From the IMG/VR virus record IMGVR_UViG_2541047699_000005: a stretch of 28,826 nt of DNA, one strand, 5' to 3'. The first letter of the stretch is position 1, and every line of letters begins with the position of its first letter. Position numbers and translations under genes: made by a program. The DNA is from a virus. Taxonomy: Duplodnaviria > Heunggongvirae > Uroviricota > Caudoviricetes. Positions 1 to 10,821 of this stretch are shown piece by piece. A model generated the notes under the pieces. That model worked only from the letters and a program-made list of their open reading frames with translations, made no database searches and was not told where the DNA came from.

Positions 1-3000
1 CAGCTAATCGTGATGCCTGCAGTGGCTTTCTTCATCACAACAACCAGCAAATCGCTGATACTTGCTGTGGGATACCAGCCATTTACCCACCATGCTGATA
101 CAGAAAACTCCAGCGTCATGTCGCCGCGACCAGCAGGCATATCAATAACACCACTGTAAACCAGCGTATTATCCATCGCGGTACGGTTATAAATTTCAGC
201 ACCGTTTTTCTTCACTATCAGGCGGCATGACGAATAAGTATCGCTGTTCTCCCGCTCATGTCTGGCACCGCTGAAAGCCACCGCCGGAATAACAATCTGC
301 CGGTTAAACGGCTGATCGTCATAAACCCTGACGGTAATGGTTCCTGATGGCCAACGCTTCGGTGCACGGGAGTCACGAGGGAAAGCCTTACCCACTGTTT
401 TAACGAGATCGCCTTCAATCTGGTTTGCAGACAGTTTCCCTCTGATGACACAGTTCTTGTTAATGGTGACATTATTGAGCGTGCCGGTATTCGCCGTGAT
501 GGCTCCACTGATATCCGCATTGCGGGCTGTCAGCCTGCCATCCGGCGTCAGGGAAAACGTCGGAGGATTGCCGGATGACGTGATGCTCACCGCAAACAGT
601 CGCTTCAGGAACACGTCGTTCATGAACAGCTGATTCCCCTGCGCCACAAACAGCGGCGTGGTGTTGCCGTTCTCCGGGGTAATCATCGCGATACGGTCCG
701 CCTGCAGCAGAATGCTACTCAGGGTCTGACCATCAACATCCTCAATCCCCGCACCAATCCCGGCCACATAGGGAATACCGTTTTTTGTTTTCTGCACCTT
801 CAGCATATACATGGCATTCAGCTCATTGCGCGTGTCTGACTGAACCCGCTGGATTTGCTGTATGGTCACGGCCTGGTCACCCAGCTTTTTATCCGTGGTC
901 GAGGTAATTTCACTCCCTTTTTTATCCACGTACTGGCGGACCTGTGCTATCTGTCGGGCGTTTTCTGACTGCCCCTGGCTGACAGTCTGTGAGATTTCAC
1001 TGCTCACCCGGTCCACTTTCTGGCTCACCTGCGCGATGGCCAGTGTCTGATCCTCATTCTTTTTCGCAACCAGCTGCGTGAGGCTGTTTTCCGCCTTCCC
1101 GATTTTCCGGGTCACTTCTGCGATATCCGTGTCCATCCGCTGACGGATATCTTCTTCCAGTTGCGTGACCTCCGTACGCAGCGCTGAAGCATCAATGCGC
1201 TCTTTCAGTGCCTGACCCAGAAGCGTCTCATCTATCAGCCCCCGGAAAATTTCCAGATACCCTTCACCATCATTGCTGGGCTGCCCGCTGGCTTCCACAA
1301 AAGCAGATTTTCCCACCAGGTTGACGCTTCGCACGTAAAACCAGAAATCCGTACCCGGCTTAATCCGGCTCCCCTGGACAGTCCACTGACTGCCGGTCCC
1401 CAGATAACGGGCAGATTTTTCCACCTGTGCTGTGTTCGTGATGCGTTTTTCTGAGAACCAGAATTCAAACTGTACCGTCGGGTCATACACCGCAAGACGC
1501 GGGACCGCCGTTATCTGAAAATACCCCGGCGTCAGCTCAATGGTGGCGGGTTTTGCAGGTGCGTTAATCCGGAACGATACCGACGCCGGATCGCCCTGCT
1601 GTCCCCGGGCATTTACCGCCCGGACCGTCAGCGTGTAACACCCCAGCGCCAGCTGCCTGAAGCGGTAAGTGGTTTCCGCCGTCCGGGCCGTGCTGACCAG
1701 CCGCTCACTGCCGTCATCCGCTGTTACGGTCAGACGGAGCAGGAAGCTCACGCCCTTCACCACCTTCGGCGTGTCCCAGCGCGCCAGCACCTGATATTCC
1801 CCGCTGTCTGCGGTGACTTCGGCGGTCAGGTGCTGCACCGCTGGCGGCGTGACACCATTCACCGTGCCGCTCTGGTCGCCGTCAAAGTGCGCTCCGTTAT
1901 CCACGATGGCCTCTTTTTCCGGTACATGCTGCACGGCGGTGATGGCATACGCACCGTCATCGTTCTCCCGGATACTCACACAGCGGAACAGGCGCTGGCG
2001 CAGCGTCGGCAGCTTCAGCCCCCACACGCTGTATTCGGCAACGCCGTCAGGAATACGGCTCACTTTCACCTTCACGCCGTCGGTGACGGACTGGACCTCC
2101 ACGCTGACCGGATTCCCACTTCCGTCAACCAGGCTTATCAGCGTGGTGCCGGAGGATGACAGCATGATTTCACGGTCGAGCGTCAGCGTCCGGGTCTGGC
2201 TGTTCACCGCCAGCACGCGCCCGCCGGTGCTGATACCGGCATAGTCATCATCACAGATTTCAATGACATCGCCCGGAACATGGCGAAGCCCTTCTGCGCC
2301 GACGCTGAAGTCCACGGTCTGCGTTTCCAGCAGTTCTGTTTTAATCAGCCACAGCCCGGCGCGGTGTGCCTGCCCCCGGCTGGTACAGCCAAAGGCATCC
2401 ATCTTCGTGACGTTACGACCGTAACGGGCAATGGCCTGCGTGTCCTCCACAAGCTCTGTTGCCGTCTCCCAGCCGTTATCCGGGTCAATCCAGTTCACCT
2501 CAACGGCATTATGGCGGTCCTTCAGGGCGCTGAAGCTGTAGCGGAACGGCGCGCCATCATCCGGCATCACCACATTACTGCGGTTATAGGTCCACACCTT
2601 ATCCGACGGTCGGTCCTGCACGAACGTCAGCGTCTGCCCGTTCCATACCGGCATACAGCGCATCGCCGAGCAAAAATCACTGAGCACATCCCACGCCTTG
2701 CGCTGTGTGGTCAGGTACGCATTACAGGTGATGCGCGGCTCCGTGCCGCCAAAGCCGTCCGGCACTGACTGGTCGCAGTACTGGCCGATGACATACAGCG
2801 CCCATTTATCCACATCCGCTGCACCAAGACGTTTCCCCATGCCGTAGCGCGGATGGGTCAGCATATCCCACAGACACCAGGCCATGTTGTTGCTGTATGC
2901 CGGTTTAAACGTTCCGTCCCAGATACCGCTGTATTGCCGCGTCTGCGGGTTATAATTCGACGGCACCTGCAGAATACGCCCGCGCAGATGATAATTACGG

Positions 3001-3698
3001 CTCACCTGCTGGCTGCCGAACTGTTCCGAGTCCACCTGTACGCCGACCAGTGCCGTGTTCGGGTAGCACTGTTTCACATCGATGATTTCGGTGTATGACG
3101 ACCAGAGCGTTTTGTTCTGCAGCTGGTCTGTGGTGCTGTCCGGCGTCATCCTGCGCATCCGGATATTAAACGGGCGCGGCGGCAGGTTATCCACCACCAC
3201 CGAGGCCAGATACTGCGAGGTGGTTTTGCCTTTAATGGTGATGTCTTTTTCCGTCACCCAGCCACCATTACGCTGTACCTGAACCAGCAGGCGGACTTCC
3301 GACGGATTCCGGTCACCCTTTGAGGTGGTTTCCACCAGTGCCTGCACACCGAAGGTAAAGCGCAGACGGTCGATGTTTGCCGACGTGATGGTGCGGGTGA
3401 TCGGCGTGTCATATTTCACTTCTGTACCGAGCACCGTCTCGGAGCCGGAGGATTCAAAACCTTCCGGCGGTGTCTGCTCCTGCTCACCTGCCCGGAACAC
3501 CACCGTGACGCCGGAGATGTTGGTATTCCCCTCACTGTCCAGCACCGGCGTACTGTTCAGCAGCACGCTTTTTAATCCATCCACCGGACCTTCAATCGGC
3601 CCTTCGCTGATGGCATCAATCACACTCAGCAGTTGCGTGGACTTCAGGTTGTCCTTCGCTTCGCGCGGGGTATGCCCCTTACTGCTTCCTTTGCCCAT
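1..3698 (-). CDS. J: Tail tip host-specificity protein J (lambda gpJ-like); stop codon straddles the window start
   Basis: Minus-strand ATG at 3698-3696 gives [12 protein letters not shown]..., which matches the lambda J N-terminus as I recall it. The same frame at the window start reads ...[19 protein letters not shown] followed by TG at positions 2-1. The ORF track lists no stop-delimited sub-ORF in this frame, consistent with one open frame of about 1232 codons. Confidence 0.9.
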   Translation of the reverse strand, partial: MGKGSSKGHTPREAKDNLKSTQLLSVIDAISEGPIEGPVDGLKSVLLNSTPVLDSEGNTNISGVTVVFRAGEQEQTPPEGFESSGSETVLGTEVKYDTPITRTITSANIDRLRFTFGVQALVETTSKGDRNPSEVRLLVQVQRNGGWVTEKDITIKGKTTSQYLASVVVDNLPPRPFNIRMRRMTPDSTTDQLQNKTLWSSYTEIIDVKQCYPNTALVGVQVDSEQFGSQQVSRNYHLRGRILQVPSNYNPQTRQYSGIWDGTFKPAYSNNMAWCLWDMLTHPRYGMGKRLGAADVDKWALYVIGQYCDQSVPDGFGGTEPRITCNAYLTTQRKAWDVLSDFCSAMRCMPVWNGQTLTFVQDRPSDKVWTYNRSNVVMPDDGAPFRYSFSALKDRHNAVEVNWIDPDNGWETATELVEDTQAIARYGRNVTKMDAFGCTSRGQAHRAGLWLIKTELLETQTVDFSVGAEGLRHVPGDVIEICDDDYAGISTGGRVLAVNSQTRTLTLDREIMLSSSGTTLISLVDGSGNPVSVEVQSVTDGVKVKVSRIPDGVAEYSVWGLKLPTLRQRLFRCVSIRENDDGAYAITAVQHVPEKEAIVDNGAHFDGDQSGTVNGVTPPAVQHLTAEVTADSGEYQVLARWDTPKVVKGVSFLLRLTVTADDGSERLVSTARTAETTYRFRQLALGCYTLTVRAVNARGQQGDPASVSFRINAPAKPATIELTPGYFQITAVPRLAVYDPTVQFEFWFSEKRITNTAQVEKSARYLGTGSQWTVQGSRIKPGTDFWFYVRSVNLVGKSAFVEASGQPSNDGEGYLEIFRGLIDETLLGQALKERIDASALRTEVTQLEEDIRQRMDTDIAEVTRKIGKAENSLTQLVAKKNEDQTLAIAQVSQKVDRVSSEISQTVSQGQSENARQIAQVRQYVDKKGSEITSTTDKKLGDQAVTIQQIQRVQSDTRNELNAMYMLKVQKTKNGIPYVAGIGAGIEDVDGQTLSSILLQADRIAMITPENGNTTPLFVAQGNQLFMNDVFLKRLFAVSITSSGNPPTFSLTPDGRLTARNADISGAITANTGTLNNVTINKNCVIRGKLSANQIEGDLVKTVGKAFPRDSRAPKRWPSGTITVRVYDDQPFNRQIVIPAVAFSGARHERENSDTYSSCRLIVKKNGAEIYNRTAMDNTLVYSGVIDMPAGRGDMTLEFSVSAWWVNGWYPTASISDLLVVVMKKATAGITIS

Positions 3699-3758
3699 TC
3701 GTCATGCTCCATAAACGACAAAACCGCCCGGAGGCGGTTTCACATGAAATATTTTGCA

Positions 3759-4406
3759 TCAGCGGCCAATCACCACAACCTGACCACCGTCCCCTTCATC
3801 TGCCGTGCTGATCTCCTGAGAAACCACACGAGACCCCACGCGCATTTCACCGTACAGAACAGGCAGAACATTGCCCTGGGCAACCATGTTATCCAGTGAT
3901 GAGAAATAGGTGTTCTGCTTACCGTTATCCGTGCTGGTCGCTGTGGGCGTCCGGGCTTTCGGTGCCAGCATCTGGGCCACACCACCCAGGATCATACTGG
4001 CCCCTGCCGCATACATGCCCGATACAGCCGCGGCACCCAGCCAGCCCACAGGGTTCCACCATGCCACCGCAATCAGCGCCGCCCCCAGCACCACCTGAAA
4101 CACACCGCCACTTTTAGCTCCCGCCAGACGCGGCACGATGTGGATCACGGCACCATTTGCCAGCGGCTCATTAAGACGGGCAGATAATTCGGTTTCACCT
4201 GCATCACGCCCGGCAATGCGCACCTGATACCAGCCGTCATTCAGTTTCTGACGAAACGCCGGGAGCTGTGTGGACAACGCCCGGATGGCTTCAGCCCCCG
4301 TTTTTACACGAAGGTCGATGCGGCGGCCAAATCGTTGTAAATCCCCGTAAAGGCAGATGCGTGCCATGCCCGGTGACGCCAGAGGGAGTGTGTGCGTCGC
4401 TGCCAT
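3759..4406 (-). CDS. I: Tail assembly protein I (lambda gpI-like)
   Basis: 215-aa ORF (MAATHTLPLASPGMARICLYGD...EISTADEGDGGQVVVIGR) with a ubiquitin-like N-terminal region and hydrophobic middle segment; position between K and J matches lambda. Confidence 0.85.
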   Translation of the reverse strand: MAATHTLPLASPGMARICLYGDLQRFGRRIDLRVKTGAEAIRALSTQLPAFRQKLNDGWYQVRIAGRDAGETELSARLNEPLANGAVIHIVPRLAGAKSGGVFQVVLGAALIAVAWWNPVGWLGAAAVSGMYAAGASMILGGVAQMLAPKARTPTATSTDNGKQNTYFSSLDNMVAQGNVLPVLYGEMRVGSRVVSQEISTADEGDGGQVVVIGR

Positions 4407-5047
4407 TTGTCGGTATACCTCTCTCGTTTGCTCAGTTGTTCAGGAATATGGTGCAACAGCTCACCGTCGCCGCAGTAAATGGCGGCATGATTCGGCACCG
4501 ATGAACCAAAACAGCACAGCAGCACATCGCCCGGCTGCGCCGCTGACAACGGCACCTGATACAGCCCTGTGGCCTCCAGATTATCCAGATAGAGATTCTG
4601 GCCGTTACACCACCAGTCATCCTCACGATGAAAGTCCGGCATCTCAATCCCCGCCAGATGATAAGCATCCCGGAACAGCGTGTAACAGTCCGTCGCCCCG
4701 TGCTCAAAGCGCCGCCCGGTAAGATGCGGCACACAGCGGAATTTATGAATCTCACCCCGGCAGACCAGCCACCAAGGCAAATCGCTCTGCACCTGCAGCC
4801 GCCTGTCAGCCTCACTCAGCCAGGGCAGGCCACCGGGGTGGCTGTGGACCAGCGCCACAATCTCACCCTGCATCTCTGCCCGCAGCCAGTCCTCCGGCGA
4901 CATCCGGAAATACGCCTCCGGCTCACCGGAGATATTCACGCAGGGAAAATATCTTTCCCCTTCCGGCGTTCTCACCACGAAGCCGCACGACTCCGCTGGC
5001 GCACATCGCCGGGCGTGCGCCAGAATCGCTGATTCTGTCTGTGTCAT
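4304..5047 (-). CDS. K: Tail assembly protein K (lambda gpK-like, NlpC/P60 plus JAB/MPN-type domains)
   Basis: ORF-track frame 4304..5089; the HSHPGG motif region and a Cys/His peptidase-like signature are present. Start placed at the internal Met (MTQTESAILAHARR), 3 bp after the L stop; the upstream ATG at 5089 is an alternative. Confidence 0.8.
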   Translation of the reverse strand: MTQTESAILAHARRCAPAESCGFVVRTPEGERYFPCVNISGEPEAYFRMSPEDWLRAEMQGEIVALVHSHPGGLPWLSEADRRLQVQSDLPWWLVCRGEIHKFRCVPHLTGRRFEHGATDCYTLFRDAYHLAGIEMPDFHREDDWWCNGQNLYLDNLEATGLYQVPLSAAQPGDVLLCCFGSSVPNHAAIYCGDGELLHHIPEQLSKRERYTDKWQRRTHSLWRHRAWHASAFTGIYNDLAAASTFV

Positions 5048-5051
5048 GGGA

Positions 5052-5750
5052 TTACTGCGAAAGTTTGTTAATGGAAAGGAAGCCGCCAAAGTTGCCGACG
5101 TTATTGCGAAACTTACAGCCGCTCAGGCATTTGCTGCATTTATCCTTCGTGATATCGGACGTCGGCTGGTCATATTCATCCGCAACCGCCGGACCGTGAT
5201 AACCGCACTCATCACCGCGATAGGTCCAGGTGCAGGTGTTGGCCAGCATGGTACGTCCCGGAAAAACAGCACCATCCGTTTCCGTCGGCGTGGACAGTAC
5301 AAAAGAGGCACTCACCGCGCTCAGTTCGCTGCACTGCTCGATGCGCCAGCGGCTGATCACCTCCTGCTCTGGATCGGCTTCGCTGTTTCCGTTGACGAAG
5401 TTCACCACATCCAGAAAACGGGCGTAAACCTTACGCCTGACCACCGTTCCGCCGACCAGACTCTGCAGGTCTTCCGCCATCCCGGTGACCATGCCGTGCA
5501 GATTAGAGACTTTCAGCGTTGGCCTTGCACTGGCTCCTTTGCCGTTCATCTCAAATCCACTTCCCTGAATGGGATAGGCCTGATACTGCCGCCCCTGCCA
5601 GGTGACTGGTTCACCTTTTTCGTTCTGCTCATTACAGAAGAAATAACGATCTCCGCCGACCTCTGTCAGATCAATTTCCCAGAGCACGACCAGCGCGGAT
5701 TGCTCCGTTTTAGTGCACTCATTGAGTGTTTCCTGCTGTATATCCTGCAT
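5052..5750 (-). CDS. L: Minor tail protein L (lambda gpL-like)
   Basis: 232-aa ORF with a C-terminal cysteine cluster (CSKCLSGCKF) typical of the gpL Fe-S region; sits between M and K. Confidence 0.85.
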   Translation of the reverse strand: MQDIQQETLNECTKTEQSALVVLWEIDLTEVGGDRYFFCNEQNEKGEPVTWQGRQYQAYPIQGSGFEMNGKGASARPTLKVSNLHGMVTGMAEDLQSLVGGTVVRRKVYARFLDVVNFVNGNSEADPEQEVISRWRIEQCSELSAVSASFVLSTPTETDGAVFPGRTMLANTCTWTYRGDECGYHGPAVADEYDQPTSDITKDKCSKCLSGCKFRNNVGNFGGFLSINKLSQ

Positions 5751-6049
5751 CAGTGAGTGACCTCTTCAAAGGTACAGTTAAAATCGGTATACATGGCATT
5801 ATCCGAAATGCTCCACTCCCTGCAGACAACCCGGACAGTCCTGTTGTGTTTTGGCGGACGCCACAAAAAAGCACGAACCCCGGCATGACGGGATAAAAAA
5901 CTGTCCAGCGCGGCACGGGAATATTCATCCGTGACACGAAATACCGGTTTAAACGTTTTCAGATCTGCATTCAGACCACCAGCCCGTCGCTGTTCATATC
6001 CGTCACCGAACTTTACCGTAATAACAGATGGCTTTCGTGTCGTCTCCAT
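5750..6049 (-). CDS. M: Minor tail protein M (lambda gpM-like)
   Basis: The ORF-track frame contains VKFGDGYEQRRAGGLNADLKTF, resembling lambda gpM as recalled. Start set at the internal Met (METTRKPSV) preceded by GAGGGG, 35 bp downstream of the tape-measure stop. Confidence 0.8.
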   Translation of the reverse strand: METTRKPSVITVKFGDGYEQRRAGGLNADLKTFKPVFRVTDEYSRAALDSFLSRHAGVRAFLWRPPKHNRTVRVVCREWSISDNAMYTDFNCTFEEVTH

Positions 6050-6083
6050 CCCCTCGCGGGGGATCCAGTTAAAAACTTCAGAC

Positions 6084-9000
6084 TCAGGCACTGCATAATC
6101 CTCCGTCCCGACGTGATGACTGCATAATTGACACAACCCTGCTGTCGATCAGATCCACCAGTCCCCTGGCTGAGCGCGCATCTATCTCGCCATTGCTCCC
6201 TTGATTCTGAATGCTGATGTGATACACGGGAGAATAAACAAATCCACCGCCACCATTCACATTTCCAATGGCCCTGACCCCAAGAGAGCCGTCCGCTGCC
6301 CGTGTCAGTGGCATGATTGCTTCAGGCCCGGCCTCGCCCATCAGCCCGGCACCTTTCGCAAAAGCAAAATACGTCGGGGTATCCACAATGGTGTTACTGT
6401 AAGCACTCAGATTTGCCGATGTATAAACACCACCTTTTGCGTTTGCCACTGCACCGGAAAGCCAGTCGCCGACTGTACCAAGCCATCCTCCGGCACCGGA
6501 CATGCTTTTGGAAAGTGACTTCAGCCCGTTAACGATGGCAGCGTTCATCAGAATTTTTGAAACTTCCTGGAGAATTGAACTCCCCCAGTTTCTCCAGTCC
6601 ACAACATTTCCGGCCAGTGCATCGGAAATATTTGATACCAGCCCGTCCATAGTGGAAACGACAGCATCTGCCGCCTGCGAAGCATAATCGGTGGCACTGT
6701 CTGCCCAGTTCGTCAGTCCCTCCTGGAGTCCGGCATTCCAGTTACTGCGTAAAGCATCAGCCTTTGCATAATAATCCTGCTGATCGCTGAGACGCTCTTC
6801 CAGATATTTTTCATTCAGAGATTTTTCCTGTTTCCACAGGGCTTCTTCAATTTCTCCGGCCTGATACTGTCTCAGTAGCTCGTTATTTTTCTGCTCAAAC
6901 TCCTGCCGGATGCTCCACATTTCCTGAAGTCGTTCACGCATCCGTGAGCCTTCACCATATCCCAGTAACTGAGCCTCATTTGATGCTCTGACACTGGCAT
7001 TACTGTCCGCCAGACTGCTCTCATACGCAGCAAGCTGCTCACGAATCTTTTTCTGGTCGATGAGTGCTGCATTCTGCAAAAGCGTTTTTTTCTGCGCTTC
7101 TGACAGGGTTGATAATTCGCCCTGGCTGACCTGATATTTCATCTTAGCCAGTTCAGTATTCTGCCCTGCCAGTGCTATTTGCTCTTTTTGCTGTTTAATC
7201 AGTTGCTTATAAGTATCTTCTATTTTTTCCGCTTCGGTCTTTTTATGCGCTTTGGGTTTATTTGCCTGGTTATTTCGCCATGCATCCAGTGAGTTATTTA
7301 TATAATTCAGTCTTGCTGTCTGATACGCCTCTCCCACAAAGCCGAGATCATCCGCAGCATAACCCAGGCGGGCACGCTCACGAGCTTCCCCCTTCAGGCG
7401 GGACAGAGCCAGTTCGCGCTCGCTGTTATTCAGTGCGGTCTGCTGTTTATCATCCAGGGTTGCCTGTGGTAGCCGTAACGGTACATTCACCAGCCCCTGT
7501 CGCTGCTGAAGTAATTCATTACCGAGCCCGAGAAGGCGATTAAACTCGGTATGCTGCCCATTCATGATCAACAGGGACTGATACGCTTTGTTTTGTTCCG
7601 CTGCCTGTTGACGGATCAACGCCACCCGTCGCTCCTCCAGCCCGGCAAGCACATCCTGAATGGATTGCGCTTTGCCCTGCATTTGAGTGAGGCGAGACTG
7701 TTCAACTGCCAGTTGATTTGTTGCTTCTGCAAGCCCTTCTGTGACAGTTTTTACCGACGTCATGTGGTTAATCATAAAACCGTTATCGGTTGTCCAGCCC
7801 GGGTTTGCCAGCACATACTGATAGCCAGCAATTTTTTCCTGTAAGGATTTAATCTTACTTTTCTGCTCGTCAATTAACCTGTTTTGCTCCTTCAGTGCCT
7901 GTCGCGTCTTTTCCTCATTATCTGACGCTTCAGGAAGCGACATTGCCGACGTTTTCTGGCGAATTTCGTCGATTGTTGCGGCATACTGTCGTGCAGATTC
8001 TCTGGCCTGCTCCTGATTCTGATACATCGTGTACCAGGCCGCAGCCCCCAGCATGACGAGTCCCGGCACACCACCAACCAGCCCCAGCGCGCCACTTAAT
8101 AAACGACTCCCCACTGACGTAACATTATTCAGCGTTGTCTGTGCCGCTGTTCTGGCCGCAATATTACGGGTAAGTGACACCTGGGCAGCTGTCAGCTTCG
8201 CTTCTGCTGCGGCCTGCCTTTCGGTACCGCGAGCAGCAACAACCGCCTGTTGCGCACGATAAACCGCCGCACGCGCCCTGGCGGTTGCTATCTGTGTCCC
8301 CCGAAGTTGCACTTCAGCAAGAGCCACTTCGTTTCTGGCTGCAGTAATTAATCCGGCAGTTGCAGATCCAGCAGACGACGCCATATTGCCAAAATATCGG
8401 GCTACCCCGACGGCAACCAGAGCACCAGCAGCGGTTGCCACGGTGTCAATATTGCCTGCAATACCATTCAGCACACCGGAGAGCGTCTTCGTCACTCCGC
8501 TTGCCTCGTTCGCACCACCAACCCAGGCCATAAAGGCGTTTTCAACTTTGGTTGCAGAGGATGAAACCGTATCAGGCATTGCTGCATATTCATCACGCAA
8601 CGCCCCAAGCTGACTAATCAGTGCAGGAACAACCTTATCGGCGGTCAGTTTTCCGTTATCCGCCATGGCCTTCAGATCCTTACGGGCAACCCCCATTCCC
8701 GCAGCCAGCGCACGAATAACACGATCGCCGTTCTCATTCACCGAGTTAAACTCTTCACCGCGCAGCACTCCCTGCGCCAGTGCCTGACTGAACTGCGTGA
8801 TCACCGAACTGGCTTCTGCTGTACTGGCACCGGATAATTTCAGGCCCGTGGAGATCGCCTCGGTGACTTTCAGTACCTCCTCAGAACTGTAACCATACTC
8901 CCGCATGGAAGCTGCAGAACGGGCAAAAAGGCTGGCGTTATCAGAAAACGCCGTCCCCGTTCTCTGGCTGATCGCCATTAATTCACGCTGTGATGACTGA

Positions 9001-9329
9001 AAATCATCACTGGACTGTGAGGCCTGCTTCAGACGGGCATTTACTGAATTCCACTCATCGGCGAGAGAAATAAGATGACCGGTAGCAAAAGCCCCGGCAA
9101 ATGCCCCCGCCATGTTCAGTGCCGAAGATTTAGCTGTATTTATCTGATCCGTCACTTCTGCCAGTGCACGCCGCATTTCACGGGATGCAGCAGCGGACTG
9201 TCGGCCTCCGTTCTGCATGGTACGGTAGTAATCCTGCCCCATACGCGAAGCCCGGGAGATCTCTGACTGGAATGACCGGGAATTTGCCGAGATTTTAATA
9301 ATCAGTTCACGTAATGTCGCCACACTCAT
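6084..9329 (-). CDS. Tail tape measure protein
   Basis: 1081-aa ORF, Ala/Gln-rich with long coiled-coil stretches and a hydrophobic central segment, lying between the G/GT chaperone pair and gpM. Confidence 0.9.
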   Translation of the reverse strand: MSVATLRELIIKISANSRSFQSEISRASRMGQDYYRTMQNGGRQSAAASREMRRALAEVTDQINTAKSSALNMAGAFAGAFATGHLISLADEWNSVNARLKQASQSSDDFQSSQRELMAISQRTGTAFSDNASLFARSAASMREYGYSSEEVLKVTEAISTGLKLSGASTAEASSVITQFSQALAQGVLRGEEFNSVNENGDRVIRALAAGMGVARKDLKAMADNGKLTADKVVPALISQLGALRDEYAAMPDTVSSSATKVENAFMAWVGGANEASGVTKTLSGVLNGIAGNIDTVATAAGALVAVGVARYFGNMASSAGSATAGLITAARNEVALAEVQLRGTQIATARARAAVYRAQQAVVAARGTERQAAAEAKLTAAQVSLTRNIAARTAAQTTLNNVTSVGSRLLSGALGLVGGVPGLVMLGAAAWYTMYQNQEQARESARQYAATIDEIRQKTSAMSLPEASDNEEKTRQALKEQNRLIDEQKSKIKSLQEKIAGYQYVLANPGWTTDNGFMINHMTSVKTVTEGLAEATNQLAVEQSRLTQMQGKAQSIQDVLAGLEERRVALIRQQAAEQNKAYQSLLIMNGQHTEFNRLLGLGNELLQQRQGLVNVPLRLPQATLDDKQQTALNNSERELALSRLKGEARERARLGYAADDLGFVGEAYQTARLNYINNSLDAWRNNQANKPKAHKKTEAEKIEDTYKQLIKQQKEQIALAGQNTELAKMKYQVSQGELSTLSEAQKKTLLQNAALIDQKKIREQLAAYESSLADSNASVRASNEAQLLGYGEGSRMRERLQEMWSIRQEFEQKNNELLRQYQAGEIEEALWKQEKSLNEKYLEERLSDQQDYYAKADALRSNWNAGLQEGLTNWADSATDYASQAADAVVSTMDGLVSNISDALAGNVVDWRNWGSSILQEVSKILMNAAIVNGLKSLSKSMSGAGGWLGTVGDWLSGAVANAKGGVYTSANLSAYSNTIVDTPTYFAFAKGAGLMGEAGPEAIMPLTRAADGSLGVRAIGNVNGGGGFVYSPVYHISIQNQGSNGEIDARSARGLVDLIDSRVVSIMQSSRRDGGLCSA

Positions 9330-9339
9330 TCTCCGGACG

Positions 9340-9361
9340 AAAAAAAACCGCCGAAGCGGTT
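9340..9361 (-). terminator. Intrinsic-terminator-like hairpin between the chaperone genes and the tape-measure gene
   Basis: On the minus-strand RNA: aaccgc-UUCG-gcgguu stem-loop followed by a run of six or more U (plus-strand A-run 9340-9345). It lies in the 41-bp gap between the T stop (9370) and the tape-measure start (9329). Confidence 0.5.
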
Positions 9362-9369
9362 ATGTTGAC

Positions 9370-10058
9370 TCACTGAGACACTATTAAAAGCGCGTTTTCC
9401 AGTCCAGCAAATGGATCTGATACGCCTTCTGTCTGCTCCTTCTCCCACTGAAGAAGCGCATCATTCAGTGGCACTTTGACCCCCTGCGCACCGTAAACAG
9501 CTGAAACAATCTGGGCAGCCCGGATATCAGCCCGTTCGTCCCCCAGCGGGCTGAACCTGTCAAATTCTGCCCACATCATGATTTCTGATGCGGACATTTC
9601 CCGGCGTAACTCTGACAATGTGCGCCCCATCCTGAGCGCCAGCATCATCAGAAAACGCATCCCCGGAAGCGCTACTTTTTTTTAACCTCGCCGGCATCAC
9701 TGATTAGTTCCAGAGACTGCCGAAGAAGCCGCGCATGCACCGGGCCATACACGGCAATCACCTGTTCACGATCATCCTCTGAAAATACAGGTTGCAGTCC
9801 GGTATCACACAGAACATCGATGAACAGTTCAACATCCGCTTCCAGATTTCGGCGGGCGCGCTCCGCAACGGATAACGGTGTCTCATCATCTTTTGCTTTA
9901 ACGATCTCCTGCCAGCGCAACCAGGCTTCTGCAGAAGGTTCCCGTAATACAACCGTTGCCCCTTCCCATTCAGGCACATCAACAGTTTTATGGCGAAACC
10001 CCGACATCGTTGCCAGTGCCAGATTACGGATATTTTTAGTCATCACATCTATCCTCAT
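9370..10058 (-). CDS. Tail assembly chaperone G-T fusion product (needs a programmed -1 frameshift)
   Basis: The G frame ends ...AGEVKKK-TAG at 9672. Shifting -1 at A_AAA_AAG reads KKVALPGMRFLMML... into the 9370..9660 ORF. This is the arrangement conserved in long-tailed phages. Confidence 0.7.
9672..10058 (-). CDS. Tail assembly chaperone G (lambda gpG analogue)
   Basis: 128-aa acidic ORF immediately upstream of the tape-measure gene, ending in the slippery heptamer. Confidence 0.75.
   Translation of the reverse strand: MRIDVMTKNIRNLALATMSGFRHKTVDVPEWEGATVVLREPSAEAWLRWQEIVKAKDDETPLSVAERARRNLEADVELFIDVLCDTGLQPVFSEDDREQVIAVYGPVHARLLRQSLELISDAGEVKKK
9675..9681 (-). promoter_or_regulatory. 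Programmed -1 ribosomal frameshift site (A_AAA_AAG)
   Basis: Zero-frame codons GTT AAA AAA AAG TAG; the -1 frame stays open into the downstream T ORF. Confidence 0.7.
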
Positions 10059-10762
10059 TAACTGACGGTAACAGTGCAGGAAGTAGAGGTCACTTTGTTA
10101 ACCGGGCTTGCTGAATCAGAAATCTCGCAGGTATATGCACCCGCATCACCGGATACTGCCGATGCCTTACTGAACGTTGCCGCCGTCTGTCCGGAAACAG
10201 GAGAACCACCTTTCTTCCAGACATAAGAATAAGGCGGCACACCACCCGCAGCCTCAACCGCCATTTCAAGTTTCGATCCGGAAGCAACCCGCAGCGTGCT
10301 TTTTAAATCGACCTTCACTTTCAGCGGCTCTGTCGTCAGCACAGGTTTACCTTTCAGGCGCAGAGAAAACGTTGCAGCCACAACACCATTGGTTCCTGCA
10401 GACCAGGTATGCTGACGCACCTCTGCCATAAAGGTAAATCCGTTGCCTGACGGAAAAATAACTTTAAAGCCATACGTGGTGTCATTGTCATAGGCACTGC
10501 GCAACGCGTTCTGGGCAGCATTGAGGTAAAAGTTGCCTGACATGGAAATCTCTGAAGCAGCACCAAGGCCGTTAATATTTTCCTGCTCAACAGAACACAG
10601 CGTGGTGACATCAATATCCTGCTTTTGTCCTGCAGTAAACTGCACCTCTTTGATTGTACAGCTCAGGCCAAGATAGCTGGCAGAATCCAGGGTTTCTGCT
10701 GTTACCGGTGCAGACGAAATCATAATTTTCGTCAGTTGCGAACGCTCAAAATTAGAGGACAT
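10058..10762 (-). CDS. Major tail protein with C-terminal Ig-like domain
   Basis: ORF-track frame 10058..10813. Start placed at ATG 10762 (MSSNFERSQ...) preceded by AGGAGA. The C-terminal segment (PPYSYVWKKGG...AYTCEISD) looks like a Big_2-type Ig fold. Confidence 0.85.
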   Translation of the reverse strand: MSSNFERSQLTKIMISSAPVTAETLDSASYLGLSCTIKEVQFTAGQKQDIDVTTLCSVEQENINGLGAASEISMSGNFYLNAAQNALRSAYDNDTTYGFKVIFPSGNGFTFMAEVRQHTWSAGTNGVVAATFSLRLKGKPVLTTEPLKVKVDLKSTLRVASGSKLEMAVEAAGGVPPYSYVWKKGGSPVSGQTAATFSKASAVSGDAGAYTCEISDSASPVNKVTSTSCTVTVS

Positions 10763-10774
10763 ACTCGTCTCCTG

Positions 10775-10800
10775 AAAATAAAAAACCCGCCAGCGGCGGG
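10775..10800 (-). terminator. Intrinsic-terminator-like hairpin just upstream of the major tail gene
   Basis: Minus-strand RNA cccgcc-GCU-ggcggg followed by UUUUUAUUUU, lying between the stop of the upstream ORF (10822) and the SD/ATG of the major tail gene. Confidence 0.45.
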
Positions 10801-10821
10801 TGGGTAAAATCATTAACGACC

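Noticed and set aside
337-3899. Many plus-strand ORFs in the ORF track (e.g. 1813..2244, 2280..2768, 3325..3714) lying inside J
   Set aside because: They are antisense to a long, clearly conserved minus-strand gene, with no SD or promoter support; typical shadow ORFs.
5046-5756. 236-aa plus-strand ORF exactly antisense to gpL
   Set aside because: Mirror-image ORF of a conserved tail gene; length is explained by the absence of stops opposite a coding strand.
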